A stretch of DNA of 63,947 nt, the filler included, from Octopus bimaculoides (lineage: Eukaryota), in assembly GCF_001194135.2 (NCBI RefSeq). It is 11 parts of 11 records of this genome, joined end to end, with 100 filler letters (N's around TTAATTAATTAA, not from the genome) between each part and the next. Parts side by side here need not be neighbours in the genome. Positions count along the whole stretch, not along the records: positions 1 to 27,035 come from NC_068990.1; 10 more parts are not named here. One strand, written 5' to 3'. Positions 12,257 to 26,399 of the stretch are shown piece after piece. Every line of letters starts with the position of its first letter. The stretch's first letter is position 1. The position numbers and the translations under genes were made by a program. The notes below the pieces were generated by a model that had not been told where the DNA came from, ran no database searches, and saw only the letters and a list, made by a program, of their open reading frames with translations.

Positions 12257-12924
12257 NNNNNNNNNNNNNNNNNNNNNNNNNNNNNNNNNNNNNNNNNNNN
12301 NNNNNNNNNNNNNNNNNNNNNNNNNNNNNNNNNNNNNNNNNNNNNNNNNNNNNNNNNNNNNNNNNNNNNNNNNNNNNNNNNNNNNNNNNNNNNNNNNNNN
12401 NNNNNNNNNNNNNNNNNNNNNNNNNNNNNNNNNNNNNNNNNNNNNNNNNNNNNNNNNNNNNNNNNNNNNNNNNNNNNNNNNNNNNNNNNNNNNNNNNNNN
12501 NNNNNNNNNNNNNNNNNNNNNNNNNNNNNNNNNNNNNNNNNNNNNNNNNNNNNNNNNNNNNNNNNNNNNNNNNNNNNNNNNNNNNNNNNNNNNNNNNNNN
12601 NNNNNNNNNNNNNNNNNNNNNNNNNNNNNNNNNNNNNNNNNNNNNNNNNNNNNNNNNNNNNNNNNNNNNNNNNNNNNNNNNNNNNNNNNNNNNNNNNNNN
12701 NNNNNNNNNNNNNNNNNNNNNNNNNNNNNNNNNNNNNNNNNNNNNNNNNNNNNNNNNNNNNNNNNNNNNNNNNNNNNNNNNNNNNNNNNNNNNNNNNNNN
12801 NNNNNNNNNNNNNNNNNNNNNNNNNNNNNNNNNNNNNNNNNNNNNNNNNNNNNNNNNNNNNNNNNNNNNNNNNNNNNNNNNNNNNNNNNNNNNNNNNNNN
12901 NNNNNNNNNNNNNNNNNNNNNNNN

Positions 12925-12964
<40 letters not shown>

Positions 12965-13019
12965 AAATCTATGTGTGCATGTGTGTGTTTATACGTACAC
13001 ACACAGACACATATCTTTT

Positions 13020-13205
13020 ATCTTTCACTTGTTTTAGTCATTAGACTGCGCCCATGTTTGGGCACCACCTTCAAGAATTTTAGTCAAACGTATCAACCCA
13101 CTACTTAAATTTCAAGCCGGATACTTATCTAATCGGTCGCTTTTCCTTAAACACTAAGTTACGTGGACGTAAATACACCAATACCGGCTGCTAAACGGTG
13201 TTGCG
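13020..13205 (-). mobile_element. SINE family B, 3' half
   Basis: Reverse complement of GGTGTATTTACGTCCACGTAACTTAG..GAAGGTGGTGCCCAAACATGGGCGCAGTCTAATGACT. Confidence 0.7.
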
Positions 13206-13319
13206 AGAGAAACGCAAGCACACACACACGCACACATATAAATATGTATGTATGTTTGTGTGTGTGTATGTATCTGTGTGTATGTGTGTGTGTGCGTTTG
13301 TGTATAATAATATAATTAA

Positions 13320-13369
<50 letters not shown>

Positions 13370-13471
13370 TATATACATACATATATGTACATACTTACAC
13401 ACACACATACACGCACACACGCACACACACACACACACACACATATATACATATGCATATATTTAATTCTT

Positions 13472-13685
13472 TATTACCCACAGGGGGCTAAACATAGAGG
13501 GGACAAACAAAGGGTTTAAGTCGATTACACCGACCCAAGTGCGTAACTGGAACTTATTTAATCGACCCCGAAAGGATGAAAGGCAAAGTCGACCTCGGCA
13601 GAGTTTGAAATCAGAACGTAACGGCAGACGAAATACCGCTAAGCATTTCGCCCGGCGTGCTAACGATTCTGCCAGCTCGCCGCCC
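13472..13685 (-). mobile_element. SINE family A, near full length
   Basis: GGCGAGCTGGCAGAATCGTTAGCACGCCGGGCGAAATGCTTAGCGG..GAGGTCGACTTTGCCTTTCATCCTTTCGGGGTCGATTAAATAAG. Confidence 0.85.
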
Positions 13686-13759
13686 TACATATGCATATAT
13701 TGGTACAGGACATCATAAAACTTAAACAACACGAAATACGAAAACAAGTTCCATAACAG

Positions 13760-14008
13760 TTACGATTTTGTTCTACCAGAGTTTGTGGGACGTCCTCGTC
13801 GAGCTCTAACAGATCTTCCAGGATGAGGTTCGTTTTCTAGGCTGTAGTTTCCGGCTCGCAATTTCTGGAACCACCATTGATACTGGCTTATGCTTTTTGT
13901 CTGATCCTCATATATTGCATTAATATTCATTGCACATTCCATTGGGTTGTTGCCTTTATTGTATTCATAAAGCAAATTATGCCGAATATGCTCCTTTGTC
14001 ACTTCCAT
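13760..14008 (-). pseudogene. Mariner transposase N-terminal HTH remnant
   Basis: IRHNLLYEYNKGNN..NINAIY..WWFQKLRAGNYSLENEPHPGRS matches the mariner HTH pattern (..WFxKFRxGNFSLEDEPRPGRP). Confidence 0.8.
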
Positions 14009-15000
14009 TATAGCTTTGAAAAAATAACTGTTAAAATCGAACTGTTCCCTTCAAAATTTGCACTAAGGATAAATACAAGGTAAAATTACTACGTGATTTT
14101 ATAGCAAGTTGATGCAGGAAGTTTATCCCGCCCCACACCGACTTTTAGTTCATGCAATTCAAAAAACGCATTATTTATGGGACGATCCAATATATACGAC
14201 AGATACCTTTTGGTTTCCGTCTACTCAATCCCCTCAAAAGGCTAGATTAGAAGACACACGCCCAACGTGCAATGTAATGGGATTGAACCCCGTTCCATGA
14301 GGTTAGGAAGCAAGCTTCCTACGACAATTCACACGGGTATAGATGTTATGAGTAATTTCTGATTTGGAGAGGATAACATTCACTATACATTCTATTGACC
14401 CCCAGGGGAATGAAAAGCAAAGTGGGCCGCAGTGGGATTTGTACCGCATCCTCTGTACTTTAGGCATTTACGTTCAGGATTCTCATATATACATTTATAT
14501 ATATGCCAACATAAATACATACTCATGAACGTACACCCTTACATAATATACACACACAGATGTATATATAGATAGATATAGATATATGAATGTATGCGTG
14601 TGTAAACATAAGTGTATATNNNNNNNNNNNNNNNNNNNNNNNNNNNNNNNNNNNNNNNNNNNNNNNNNNNNNNNNNNNNNNNNNNNNNNNNNNNNNNNNN
14701 NNNNNNNNNNNNNNNNNNNNNNNNNNNNNNNNNNNNNNNNNNNNNNNNNNNNNNNNNNNNNNNNNNNNNNNNNNNNNNNNNNNNNNNNNNNNNNNNNNNN
14801 NNNNNNNNNNNNNNNNNNNNNNNNNNNNNNNNNNNNNNNNNNNNNNNNNNNNNNNNNNNNNNNNNNNNNNNNNNNNNNNNNNNNNNNNNNNNNNNNNNNN
14901 NNNNNNNNNNNNNNNNNNNNNNNNNNNNNNNNNNNNNNNNNNNNNNNNNNNNNNNNNNNNNNNNNNNNNNNNNNNNNNNNNNNNNNNNNNNNNNNNNNNN

Positions 15001-15059
<59 letters not shown>

Positions 15060-15732
15060 ACTCTCTCTCTCTCATTCCCTCTCGTTCTCTCACAGATACA
15101 GTGTGGGTGTAAGTATTGGTTATGATGAATTATAAACAACGGAAGAAAAATATATTAGAAAATGTATAATTAATTAATTTTGTTGATACCATCTGTGTCT
15201 CTACTCCGAGTTTTTGTGTTCTCAACCATATCGTTTAGTGGTAACTGCTGGCGGAAAGTAGAACGAAAAAGAAAAAACAAAATAGATGAAATGACACACA
15301 TATACACACACACTTGTAAGCCACCCTATACGTACGCAGACAAATGTATATACAAGCATTCCGACTTAGCAGATGTGGTGGTGGGTATAATTCAGAGGTT
15401 GTAAAATTGTGTATAGATAAATACAATCAATCAGATTGACTAAAATATTAGACTAAATATATATAAATATATATATAAATATAAATATATAAATAAATAT
15501 AAAGATATATATCTAAAGAATGTGGTTGTGTGAAGACCCCTTCTTGAGGATATTCAAGACATCCAAATGTCCTGAAAAAGGGTCTTCACCCCCGAAATAT
15601 AGAAATACAAGGTTAAACTGCAACTTTGTTCTGTTTTCTTTTCATGTTGTAGTTTATTTTGTACCTGTTCAGATTGTTCCGGCGTCATACAACCATATTC
15701 TTTAAAGTTCACATATATACACACACACACAC

Positions 15733-15797
<65 letters not shown>

Positions 15798-16124
15798 CAC
15801 ACGCAGGAAAATATCGTCCGATTTTCCTGTTTTGTTCCTGTATTTCTACAATCTCGTGTTGCATGACAACTTGCCATGAAGATTGTTATAGATATGTAAG
15901 TACTTGTAAAACTGTAAAAATGTTAAAATATTATGTAAATATCGGACCATCTAAAGTAGACAGTTACAGAAGATATATGTTATTCAGTGACCAGGTCGCA
16001 GTGAGCGACGAAAATGTTGTCACCTCGACGGAAATGTTGACACCTCATGAAGTATATTTTAACAATGTTGTGTGTTGTTAAATGGCTCCTCCATGATGTA
16101 ACTATTCTATCTTTGAACATAGGC

Positions 16125-16273
16125 GCAGTTCTGGGCGTGTAGTTAAGAAACTCATTTTACAGCCATGTAATTTCAGGTTCAATCCCACTGCTCGGTATCT
16201 TGGGCAATGTAGCTCCGGGTTGACCAATGCCCTTTTGAGTGAGCATACCATAGCAAACAGAAGCCCTGCTGTC

Positions 16274-16275
<2 letters not shown>
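16125..16275 (+). mobile_element. SINE family B, 5' half (diverged)
   Basis: GGCGTGTAGTTAAGAAACT..GGTTCAATCCCACTGC..TCTTGGGCAA..AGAAGCCCTGCTGTCG followed by (TA)n. Confidence 0.6.
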
Positions 16276-16363
<88 letters not shown>

Positions 16364-16404
16364 GTGTGTATATACATGTATATGTATGAATATGTATATG
16401 AACA

Positions 16405-16600
16405 TGTGCAACCAATGGAAAGGTGTGTGTTTCAGTTGGAGGATTGAAAAGACATGTCAAAAGACTTCATACTGTGGCACCTGTTCCTTCTGCCAGGTAG
16501 CAGAGCTGTGCAAAATGCAACAGAATGTGCAAATCTTTAACCGAGCTCAGGAATCATACAAGGGCCTCACACTGCATCAACAATGACTCATTTCAATGAT
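16405..16600 (+). mobile_element. RTE-like LINE C-terminal C2H2 zinc-finger remnant
   Basis: [40 protein letters not shown]: two C2H2-like units (the second a complete CX2CX12HX4H, the first frameshifted) with an internal stop, no TGEKP linker. Confidence 0.55.
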
Positions 16601-17179
16601 AATTTTAATCTACTCGCAGCCACATTATGTTGATTGCAGTATCCTTTCATATTTGTTGAGTGTTTATGAAGAAACAGAACGCTAAGAAGAAAAGTGTTTT
16701 TAATTTATTTACGTCAGTTGTACCAAGTAAAAAAAAACAGTAGTTGTAAATGACATTAAGATAACAGGAATATTGAAGTAAGCTATAAAGGGTTCGCCAC
16801 TACTGTTCTAAGTCAACCCTAAAAGAATGATTCTATGCCACTCAGGTAGATGTATGATTGAACCATCAGACATGATTCACGGAGCAATCGTTTCTATGAT
16901 TCCCTAAAGCAGAATTTGCATAAGGACAATATTGAACCCTCCACATTCAGTTGTATTAGTGATAGTGATTGTTCATTAGTTCGAGGTCAAACATCATCGG
17001 TCAGCCTCTATCATCACCGGCACTCCAGTCGTGACTATCTTGTCTGTTAAAAGATTTCAAGAGTTCTATCATCTAAGCGTCTCCTTTGTTTTATTTGTAA
17101 GATGTTCGTGCATGATTTAATTTCTGCTACTTGCAGGCAAGGCAGCTAGATTGACTGGTGGGGGTGGAACATTTGAAAC

Positions 17180-17244
<65 letters not shown>

Positions 17245-17622
17245 CTGCAGCAGCAATTGCTATAGAAGTCGTTTCTATAATAGGGAGAAGAAAGACCAGC
17301 TTCAGCAACTGCTGTAGTTGTGTAATTCAAGTAGTTATTTATATTAATGGTAGGTGGGAGCAGCTGTTATAACAGTGTGAGTTGCCTGCTGTGTGTTGAG
17401 AATGTTGACATTGCTACTGATTGGGTGCTCAAAGACAGTCGTTCGAATAGTTAGGATACACATTGTACTAGTATAATAACAATAATAGCAATTATAATAC
17501 TACTAATAATAATAATTATAACAAGAACAACAACAGCAACAACAACAACAGTAGTAGCAGCAGCACCACCACCACCACCACCAACAACAACAACAATAAT
17601 AATAAGAAGAAGAAGAATTTTT

Positions 17623-17995
17623 GAAATCGACAAGATGTGGCATCTCAAGACGGTTACAGTACCCGTTATTGTAGGAGCATTTTGGAATGATAAAAAAATG
17701 AACTGAAAATTATTTAAGAAAGATCATTGGCTTATCGTCCAAGCAGGAAGTGCAAAAGATTGTCTTAACTGGTACGTCACATGGACTGAGAAGAGCATTG
17801 TCGCTGTGAATTTTCTTTCCTTTTTTACCTCTTTTATTTTCTTTGTTTATATTTTTATATTTTATTTTTTTCCTTTTTCTCTTTTCTCTATCTGGTATGT
17901 TTATTTTAATTGCCTACCAATGTATACGGTGCGTCTCTCTACCCTAGGTGTCAAGAAGATACTCGACAAGAAATGGAAACAGAATTTAAAGATGA
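17623..17995 (+). mobile_element. R4/Dong-like RLE LINE 3' fragment ending in (AAT)n
   Basis: EIDKMWHLKTVTVPVIVGAF(fs)MIKK..EVQKIVLTGTSHGLRRALSL*, then a short UTR and (AAT)n. Confidence 0.7.
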
Positions 17996-18002
17996 TAATG
18001 AA

Positions 18003-18059
<57 letters not shown>

Positions 18060-18060
<1 letters not shown>

Positions 18061-18137
18061 GATATTTTGAGCGGAATGCGCTTCTCGACATGAAAAATTT
18101 TTTAACTGGGCTCCACCTGCAAGGTCATGCGCTATTT
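18060..18137 (+). mobile_element. Fragment of an (AAT)n-associated LINE 3' UTR (same family as 38380-38912)
   Basis: AACTGGGCTCCACCTGCAAGGTCATGCGCTATTT is shared with about 38750-38785. Confidence 0.6.
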
Positions 18138-18618
18138 NNNNNNNNNNNNNNNNNNNNNNNNNNNNNNNNNNNNNNNNNNNNNNNNNNNNNNNNNNNNNNN
18201 NNNNNNNNNNNNNNNNNNNNNNNNNNNNNNNNNNNNNNNNNNNNNNNNNNNNNNNNNNNNNNNNNNNNNNNNNNNNNNNNNNNNNNNNNNNNNNNNNNNN
18301 NNNNNNNNNNNNNNNNNNNNNNNNNNNNNNNNNNNNNNNNNNNNNNNNNNNNNNNNNNNNNNNNNNNNNNNNNNNNNNNNNNNNNNNNNNNNNNNNNNNN
18401 NNNNNNNNNNNNNNNNNNNNNNNNNNNNNNNNNNNNNNNNNNNNNNNNNNNNNNNNNNNNNNNNNNNNNNNNNNNNNNNNNNNNNNNNNNNNNNNNNNNN
18501 NNNNNNNNNNNNNNNNNNNNNNNNNNNNNNNNNNNNNNNNNNNNNNNNNNNNNNNNNNNNNNNNNNNNNNNNNNNNNNNNNNNNNNNTATACATTCATGC
18601 ATTCGTGCGTGCCATTGC

Positions 18619-18653
<35 letters not shown>

Positions 18654-18657
18654 TATG

Positions 18658-18699
<42 letters not shown>

Positions 18700-18702
<3 letters not shown>

Positions 18703-18870
18703 CTCACCCCCGCTTGGCAATCGGCGTCGATGTGTTTAAGTCCCTGTAACTTAGCGGTTCTCAAAAAAAGTTTCCGATGGAATTAGCACCAGGCTTAGCC
18801 CAAAAATAAATACTGAGATCAATTCATTCGACTAAAAATTCATGGCTGCAGACTGAAACATGAAAGAGAG
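18700..18870 (+). mobile_element. SINE family B, 3' half
   Basis: CCCCGCTTGGCAATCGGCGTCGATGTGTTTAAGTCCCTGTAACTTAGCGGTTC..GCTGCAGACTGAAAC. Confidence 0.65.
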
Positions 18871-19019
18871 AACAGATAAAATGAAAATACATTTTAATGA
18901 CAAGTCAAAGACACCAACCTAAGAAGAAAGAAAAGAAACTACCATGTTAACTCAATTCTGATTACGATCAACAAGTTAAGAGTCAGAAGAGTATTGTATC
19001 TCAAAATACTGACGTTGTA

Positions 19020-19295
19020 TCCTTTGGTATATTGGTGGTCTTCCCCTTGGTATATCGTTAGTGTATTCCTTCATATATTGGTCATTTATTAATTAGTATA
19101 TTTACTTGTGTATCCATTTATATATTGGTGTTATATCCCCTGGTATGCTGGTGGTGTATATCTTGGTATATTGGTGGTATATCCCTTGGTCTACTGGTGT
19201 TATACTCATTGGGATACTTAGTGATGTATCAATTTGTATACTCGTTGTGTATACTGGTGGTGTATATTAGTATATAGCTATGCTGGTGGTGTGTA
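19020..19295. repeat. Degenerate minisatellite of about 22 bp (TATATTGGTGGTATATCCCTTGG-like)
   Basis: About ten imperfect tandem copies visible. Confidence 0.6.
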
Positions 19296-19747
19296 CATCT
19301 GTTTTCTATCTCTCCAACTCCAACTCCAACTCGAGTAATCAACGCAGCTTCGGTCACGTTTAGTATTTTTTTATTTCCAGTTAATAGTTAGTTTGGACTC
19401 ACATTTTCTTCCAGTCGATACCTTTCTCAACATCAAGTGCCAACTGGATTTCGATACGTTAAGTTCTTCCTCAAGTGATACTCCAACCGAGTGAAGTTTT
19501 TCAAGTAGCATTACACTTCCCATTTCTTCATGATTAAAACTTCATACACCCAGGTTAGGTATGAGTAATGCTAATGACCCACCGAGGAGCCAAGCATTGA
19601 AGTTTCAAACGGTCAAAAACTTCCTTAAATCTATACCATGGCTCATTCTTTCTCGGTTTGCATTGTCATTTCTATTTCTTCAATAAAAGGTTTCTAAAAA
19701 GACTGTTGTTGTTTGATACTTAACCAGCCATAGAATAAAGCTTATAC

Positions 19748-19990
19748 CAGTGGTTCTCAAACTGGGTCCATATTGCCCTTAGGGCTTCATATAAGGTTTA
19801 ATTGCTAAAGTTTATGAGAAATCGATTGGTTATACTTCTTCAACGCATAAAATATTTTAACATTTTTTTTAAACAAAATTCCTAATATTTAATGATAAAG
19901 ATATTTTCAAAACATCAAATGGTTATAGGGGTTCACAGAGTAAAATAGGAGCGAAAGGACTCCATAGAGAAATATGGTTGAGAACCACTG
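19748..19990. mobile_element. hAT (Charlie-type) MITE
   Basis: Termini CAGTGGTTCTCAA .. TTGAGAACCACTG (13-bp perfect TIR). An 8-bp TSD is not recoverable. Confidence 0.75.
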
Positions 19991-20423
19991 TTTACATGGT
20001 AATCAGTAAATATAATTGAAGACATCCCATTTGTAATGATCAGCACAATGTTTGTGAAAAAAGATGAATGGTCGCATGCAAAACGTATTTTGATCTTAGC
20101 TGTTTGAGCAGGGCTGATTTACGTTTGAACAACACAAAATCGTCAACAACTCAAGGGGTGACCCTCTTTGTGGTCGCTCGATCTGCTAGAAATAGTGACC
20201 AAATTTCACCCACATCAGTGCTATGTTCGTAAAAGTCGAATTAATTCATTGGATTATCGCATAACAGAATGCTAGCTAAGTAAAAGTGATGCGCAATACT
20301 GGAATATTTTCCAACATAGGTCACCTCGATTTAAAACGGTATCTTTTTTCATTGTTGTTTAGCTTCATATCGGTCCGGATCGAATAGGCTTACAATCAAA
20401 TACGCCCCGCCTTAATTATGCCG

Positions 20424-20506
<83 letters not shown>

Positions 20507-21476
20507 GCACAAGGTGTCTAAGACTGCAGTAACCAAACCAGTTACTTCTAAGAAACTTTCTTTGGAAATTAACATGGGGCTATTTAGCTGCTTTTCCTAG
20601 GGAAAACCTACGATGTCAGTAACTTCTTTCAAACACCTACACTGTGTAAAATAGAGATATAGTAAAAATGATTCAAAGCTCCACTGGGATTTGGTGTCAT
20701 TACTAAAAACAACATCGTCTTTTTATAGAACAAAAAGAAACTTAAGTCGCATTGAAGCCATTTCAAGCTTCCTTCTCCCCCACGCTTCCAACAAGTCACC
20801 AAAACACTCATCTTTACTACATTACTACATTTTCTACCAACGGTGGGTTACCCCCACCGTGCAGTAATCATTCATAACTAAATAGACGGGTTGTTTGGGA
20901 GTCAAGTGTTTTTGTAGTTACACACTCAACCTAGCAGCAGTCTCATATTTCGGGATACGAACCTTCGAGCTAGCTACTGTTTATCGCCTTATCGACTTGA
21001 CTCTTAACACCATGTTCCTGATAAAGCAAATCTTATATGGTTTGGCGCGAATTTCGTCTTTTTGTTATCATAAACAGATATTCAATACAAAACACCTTAA
21101 CATCGTAACTTCTTTCTATTTCTCACTCTGACAGATTGATTATATTGCTGTTATAATTTGTCTTTTCCATCTGTCTACTCGAAACACATTTGTCTATCTG
21201 TCTCTGTGTACCTGATACACATTTGTCTATCTATCTCTGTCAATCTGACAGACTTTTGTCTGTCTGTCTGTGTCTGTCTTTGTCTATCTAATACACATTT
21301 GTCTATATCTGTATATGTCTTTGTTTATTTGATAGGCAGACACCTATCTGGTTCTGTCTATTTCTCTGTCCATCGCATTGTGTTTATATGATTCCTTCTC
21401 CCTTCTTCAGTCTATCTGTCCATCCGTTTCTCTATGTCTGGTTCTATCTATTTCTCTCTCTCCGTTTAGATGTATC

Positions 21477-21533
<57 letters not shown>

Positions 21534-22950
21534 NNNNNNNNNNNNNNNNNNNNNNNNNNNNNNNNNNNNNNNNNNNNNNNNNNNNNNNNNNNNNNNNNNN
21601 NNNNNNNNNNNNNNNNNNNNNNNNNNNNNNNNNNNNNNNNNNNNNNNNNNNNNNNNNNNNNNNNNNNNNNNNNNNNNNNNNNNNNNNNNNNNNNNNNNNN
21701 NNNNNNNNNNNNNNNNNNNNNNNNNNNNNNNNNNNNNNNNNNNNNNNNNNNNNNNNNNNNNNNNNNNNNNNNNNNNNNNNNNNNNNNNNNNNNNNNNNNN
21801 NNNNNNNNNNNNNNNNNNNNNNNNNNNNNNNNNNNNNNNNNNNNNNNNNNNNNNNNNNNNNNNNNNNNNNNNNNNNNNNNNNNNNNNNNNNNNNNNNNNN
21901 NNNNNNNNNNNNNNNNNNNNNNNNNNNNNNNNNNNNNNNNNNNNNNNNNNNNNNNNNNNNNNNNNNNNNNNNNNNNNNNNNNNNNNNNNNNNNNNNNNNN
22001 NNNNNNNNNNNNNNNNNNNNNNNNNNNNNNNNNNNNNNNNNNNNNNNNNNNNNNNNNNNNNNNNNNNNNNNNNNNNNNNNNNNNNNNNNNNNNNNNNNNN
22101 NNNNNNNNNNNNNNNNNNNNNNNNNNNNNNNNNNNNNNNNNNNNNNNNNNNNNNNNNNNNNNNNNNNNNNNNNNNNNNNNNNNNNNNNNNNNNNNNNNNN
22201 NNNNNNNNNNNNNNNNNNNNNNNNNNNNNNNNNNNNNNNNNNNNNNNNNNNNNNNNNNNNNNNNNNNNNNNNNNNNNNNNNNNNNNNNNNNNNNNNNNNN
22301 NNNNNNNNNNNNNNNNNNNNNNNNNNNNNNNNNNNNNNNNNNNNNNNNNNNNNNNNNNNNNNNNNNNNNNNNNNNNNNNNNNNNNNNNNNNNNNNNNNNN
22401 NNNNNNNNNNNNNNNNNNNNNNNNNNNNNNNNNNNNNNNNNNNNNNNNNNNNNNNNNNNNNNNATATATATATATATATATAGATAGATAGATAGATATG
22501 CATACGTACGTACATATATATACGTATATATTCATATATATATATATGCACATCTCGATAGACACATGTAAACATACACCTCTCATGTGTGTCTGTGCTG
22601 CACGGATGTATATATGTATATATGTCTCTGTGATTAGTATCACTAATTTGTACTAGTTTTTTTTTCTCTTTTATCACGACTTCAGTGGGAGGAATAAACA
22701 AAAAGCAAAAAAAAACTCTGTTTTCAGTCGTTCTGTTTGTATTTGTGTGGTGTAGATGTGCGTTCATGTTGGAAAATAGTAGAAAATAAACAAGAGCAGG
22801 TAGAGAGAAGAGAAGACAATAAGAGGGGGGAGAGAGGGTGGGAGAGAAAGAGAAGTGATGCGAGAAAGAGAGAGAGAGTAATGGAAGGTGCAAAGAGGCT
22901 CGTGTACAATTAGAGAGAAAGAAATAGCTAACAAGAGACACGGAAAGAGA

Positions 22951-22988
<38 letters not shown>

Positions 22989-25659
22989 ATGAAAAAGACA
23001 GAAAGGAAGAGAAAGAATGACAGTAGGAAAACGTGTGTGTGCGCGCGCGTGTTTGTGAATATGTCTAGACAGACATACATACATACATACATACAGACAG
23101 ACAGACAGACAGAGAGACAGACNNNNNNNNNNNNNNNNNNNNNNNNNNNNNNNNNNNNNNNNNNNNNNNNNNNNNNNNNNNNNNNNNNNNNNNNNNNNNN
23201 NNNNNNNNNNNNNNNNNNNNNNATAAGTGTAGTATGGAGTGAGTGCTGCCAATATTGTTTCGATATCTCGTCAGTTGCTTAAAGGGCTCTTCTGGAAACA
23301 CGGAAATACAGATGCTTGATGGAAAAAGATCTAATTATGAGGCTGAAAAGTGTGCGTGTTACTGTGCATATATACATACATGCACTCACAAACACATACC
23401 AACATAAATACATACACACACATGCATACATACATACGTACATACATTGATATATATATATATACATACATACACAAATACGTACATACATACATACATA
23501 TATATAAACACGCACATGCTTCCATACATACAAACACATATAAATATTCACACATACACACACACACACATATATATCTCAAGAGAGAAAGAGAGAATGG
23601 TGATTTTGTTACGTGCATCTATCCGCATAAATGTTCTTGTTAAATCGTGCATGTATGTGTGCGCGCTTGTGTGATTGTGCATATTTACTATATAATCATG
23701 GAATTACAAGCAAAAGCGCACTATATATATATATAATATCTCCATACCAATAGATACAAGTATACATGCAAAAAACTTAATCATTTGTTGTAGGAATCTG
23801 TTTTGATCATATTTTGTAAATTATGAAAGTTTATACATACATATGTGTGTGTATGTGTGTGTGTGTATGTGCGTGTGTATACTCACGTATATGCATCTAT
23901 ATACATATATCTATACACACTCATACACACAAATATATCAGAAAGACTGACAGGCAGGCAGACATATGGTAAAGTGAGTAAGAGAATGAATATTATCTCT
24001 CAGATAGATTAAAGTTAACGGAGCTCTCTCCATTTCGACAATGACTAATTCATTTGTTCTTTCAGCTGCACTGACATCTCATGGTATTTAAATGTAAATG
24101 GCTGAGGATTTCATAGACAATTATAATTTTAATGCAATCCTCGGGCACTATGAGCCCGACGCACCGAGTGGCAAGGCTGGGTCACTAAATGACAGGTACA
24201 ATCCATTCGACAGGCTTTTGCACAGTTTCCTTCTCTCCAGATTCAATCACAAGGTTTTGTTCCACCTGATGCTATGATAAAACACATTTGCTAAAGGTAC
24301 CATGCAGTGGGAGTTGACTTGGAATCTTATGATCACAATGTGAGTTTGTTCACCATTCAGCTATACCTGCCTACAGTAACTCGCATGTACTTTGATATCA
24401 TTGGACCTTCATACAAACTGCACATAAATAACTTTAATGCATACACACTTGGATTTTCTAGGATGCAGATGTGTATGAGCGTGTGTGTTTGTATAAAGTA
24501 TTCTAGGATAAGTCATATACACACACTCATATAATCAAGTTTACATACATCAAAATCTTTATACATGTACACGCCCTGACACCACAAGGATAACTATTAA
24601 ATTCTTAATTCTAAAAAACGTGATTCGTTAAACCATCCAATTATAAACGGCAAAAAACTGTAAAAATAAATAAATAAATTATACAAAAAAGTACTAAACA
24701 AAATAAAACGTGTTTGTAACAAATGACTTCTTAATTAAACTTGGCATTTTAAATATAGCATGGGGTACAAATTGGGAAGTTGAGTAAGTTGTGATTTCCT
24801 CAGCTACATTGTTTTTGCTGTTGCTGTTAAGATGTAGGTCAATCTCGATCCATTGCAATTTTGCTCAAGCGGTTTCACCCGTGACCGTCGTATTATTTTA
24901 GGGTTTCAGGTACCGTACGGTCCAAAATAATTTTCAAAAAGTTCAAAACAATTTGAGCAAAATTTGACTGTTGTTTCTAGTTGATGGAATGACCATATAT
25001 GGGCACCGTTGATGGCTCATTTAAAGATAGTAACTCAGGAAAATAAATATTTTTGAATCAATGAGTTTAGAATGAAGTTTTGTTAATATTGTTTTGTTTT
25101 TGTCTGTTTGTTTATGATGAGTGTTAGCAATAGCATTTAGCAACGATGCATTCTTTGAAACAAGGATTTCGCATTATTTCTGTCGAACGCCGTATTTCGA
25201 AATTGAAAATTATATATCTCGGTGGTTAAAATGGTAGAATGATAGTAAACGGGATCATCGAGGGATGTTTAAACCAGTCAAGTTTACCTCAACTACAAGC
25301 GACTGTTTTAAACAACAGGAAGGATACATTAGATAACATAGTCTGTTATACATAATCACTGGCAATATGGGATGGTCATGAACAGAATGTCTTTAGTCAT
25401 GAATTTGTTTGATAAGGGATGAGTTGCAGCTTAAGAACAACAATAAACAACAATTGAAAATCAAAAACATTACTTAACTAAGCTTGGGGTTGCAAGTATA
25501 TTGTCCATAACGAAAAAGCAAAGTACAACTTTGGGATCGCTTTATTAGTCTCCATAACTTTATTAGTCCCAGACTCTAGTCTGAATGTACACACACACAC
25601 ACACACACACAATATATATATATATCTACATACGCGCGCGTGCGCTAGCATGACTATAA

Positions 25660-26085
25660 TTAAAAAACGCGCTTTGCACTCACTTGGTTTCGAGTTCTGT
25701 CCTACCGCGCGGCATCTAGGGTAAGTGCCTTCTACTATAACTCCGGATTAGCCAATACTTTGTAAGTGAACTCTATAGGCGGAAACCGTGCACAAGTCTG
25801 TATATATATTCATACACACACGCACACACACACATGTATGTATGTATGTATGTATGTATGTATGTATGTATGTATGTATGTGCGGCATTGGGTTTGCGGT
25901 TATCCCCTACTATCGCTAGGTAACCGGCATTGGTGTGTTTATCTCCCTGTAACTTAGGGGTTTGGCCATAGGAACCGTTTGAATGAATACCACACTTTTA
26001 AAAATTAAGTAACAGGAAATGGATTTGTTCGATTAAATCTTTGAAGGTGATGCCCGGCACATGTCCCAATTCAATGAATGAAACA
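25660..26085 (+). mobile_element. SINE family B, nearly complete, with internal (CA)/(TATG)n
   Basis: Head GGTTTCGAGTTCTGTCCTACCGCGCGGCATCTAGGGTAAGTGCCTTCTACTATA, then microsatellite, then tail ..GAAGGTGATGCCCGGCAC..ATGAAACAAGTAAAA. Confidence 0.65.
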
Positions 26086-26109
26086 AGTAAAATATAAAGA
26101 TATTAACTA

Positions 26110-26390
26110 AATATATGTTGTAGGACATCACTGCGCATACCAAACTGTTCAGCGAAAAAATTGGGACAAGCCAAGTGTTGATGCCCGTATTAAAATCTCT
26201 TAGGGACGGTAAGTATAGATCTTGAGAAGTACATGGAACAAATCGGGGTTGCAATACGGGTGGAATACTTGTAGAAAGCAACATTGTTTGGAACTGCTCG
26301 AATACTCCGGAAGGTGCTTGAAAAATAAGTAGAGTTACTTGTGCTGAACATGGTGCCATAATACATCCCCTGTGTTGAAAGCTAAGCAAA
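26110..26390 (+). mobile_element. RLE LINE C-terminus and 3' UTR fragment
   Basis: ..GTVSIDLEKYMEQIGVAIRVEYL*KATLFGTARILRKVLEK*, the typical end of an R4/Dong-type ORF. Confidence 0.65.
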
Positions 26391-26399
26391 AGAAAATGA

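Noticed and set aside
16405-16600. Host C2H2 zinc-finger gene
   Set aside because: Internal stop and frameshift, no TGEKP linker and no clear splice sites; resembles an RTE ORF C-terminus instead.
19020-19295. CRISPR-like or otherwise spaced repeat array (also considered 63235-63380 and 48540-48680)
   Set aside because: Degenerate head-to-tail minisatellites without unique spacers, in a eukaryotic context with no cas genes.
19330-19650. Possible minus-strand exon (..LALDVEKGIDWKK|GTGAGT)
   Set aside because: The acceptor is poor and flanking frames contain stops; not supportable without RNA data.
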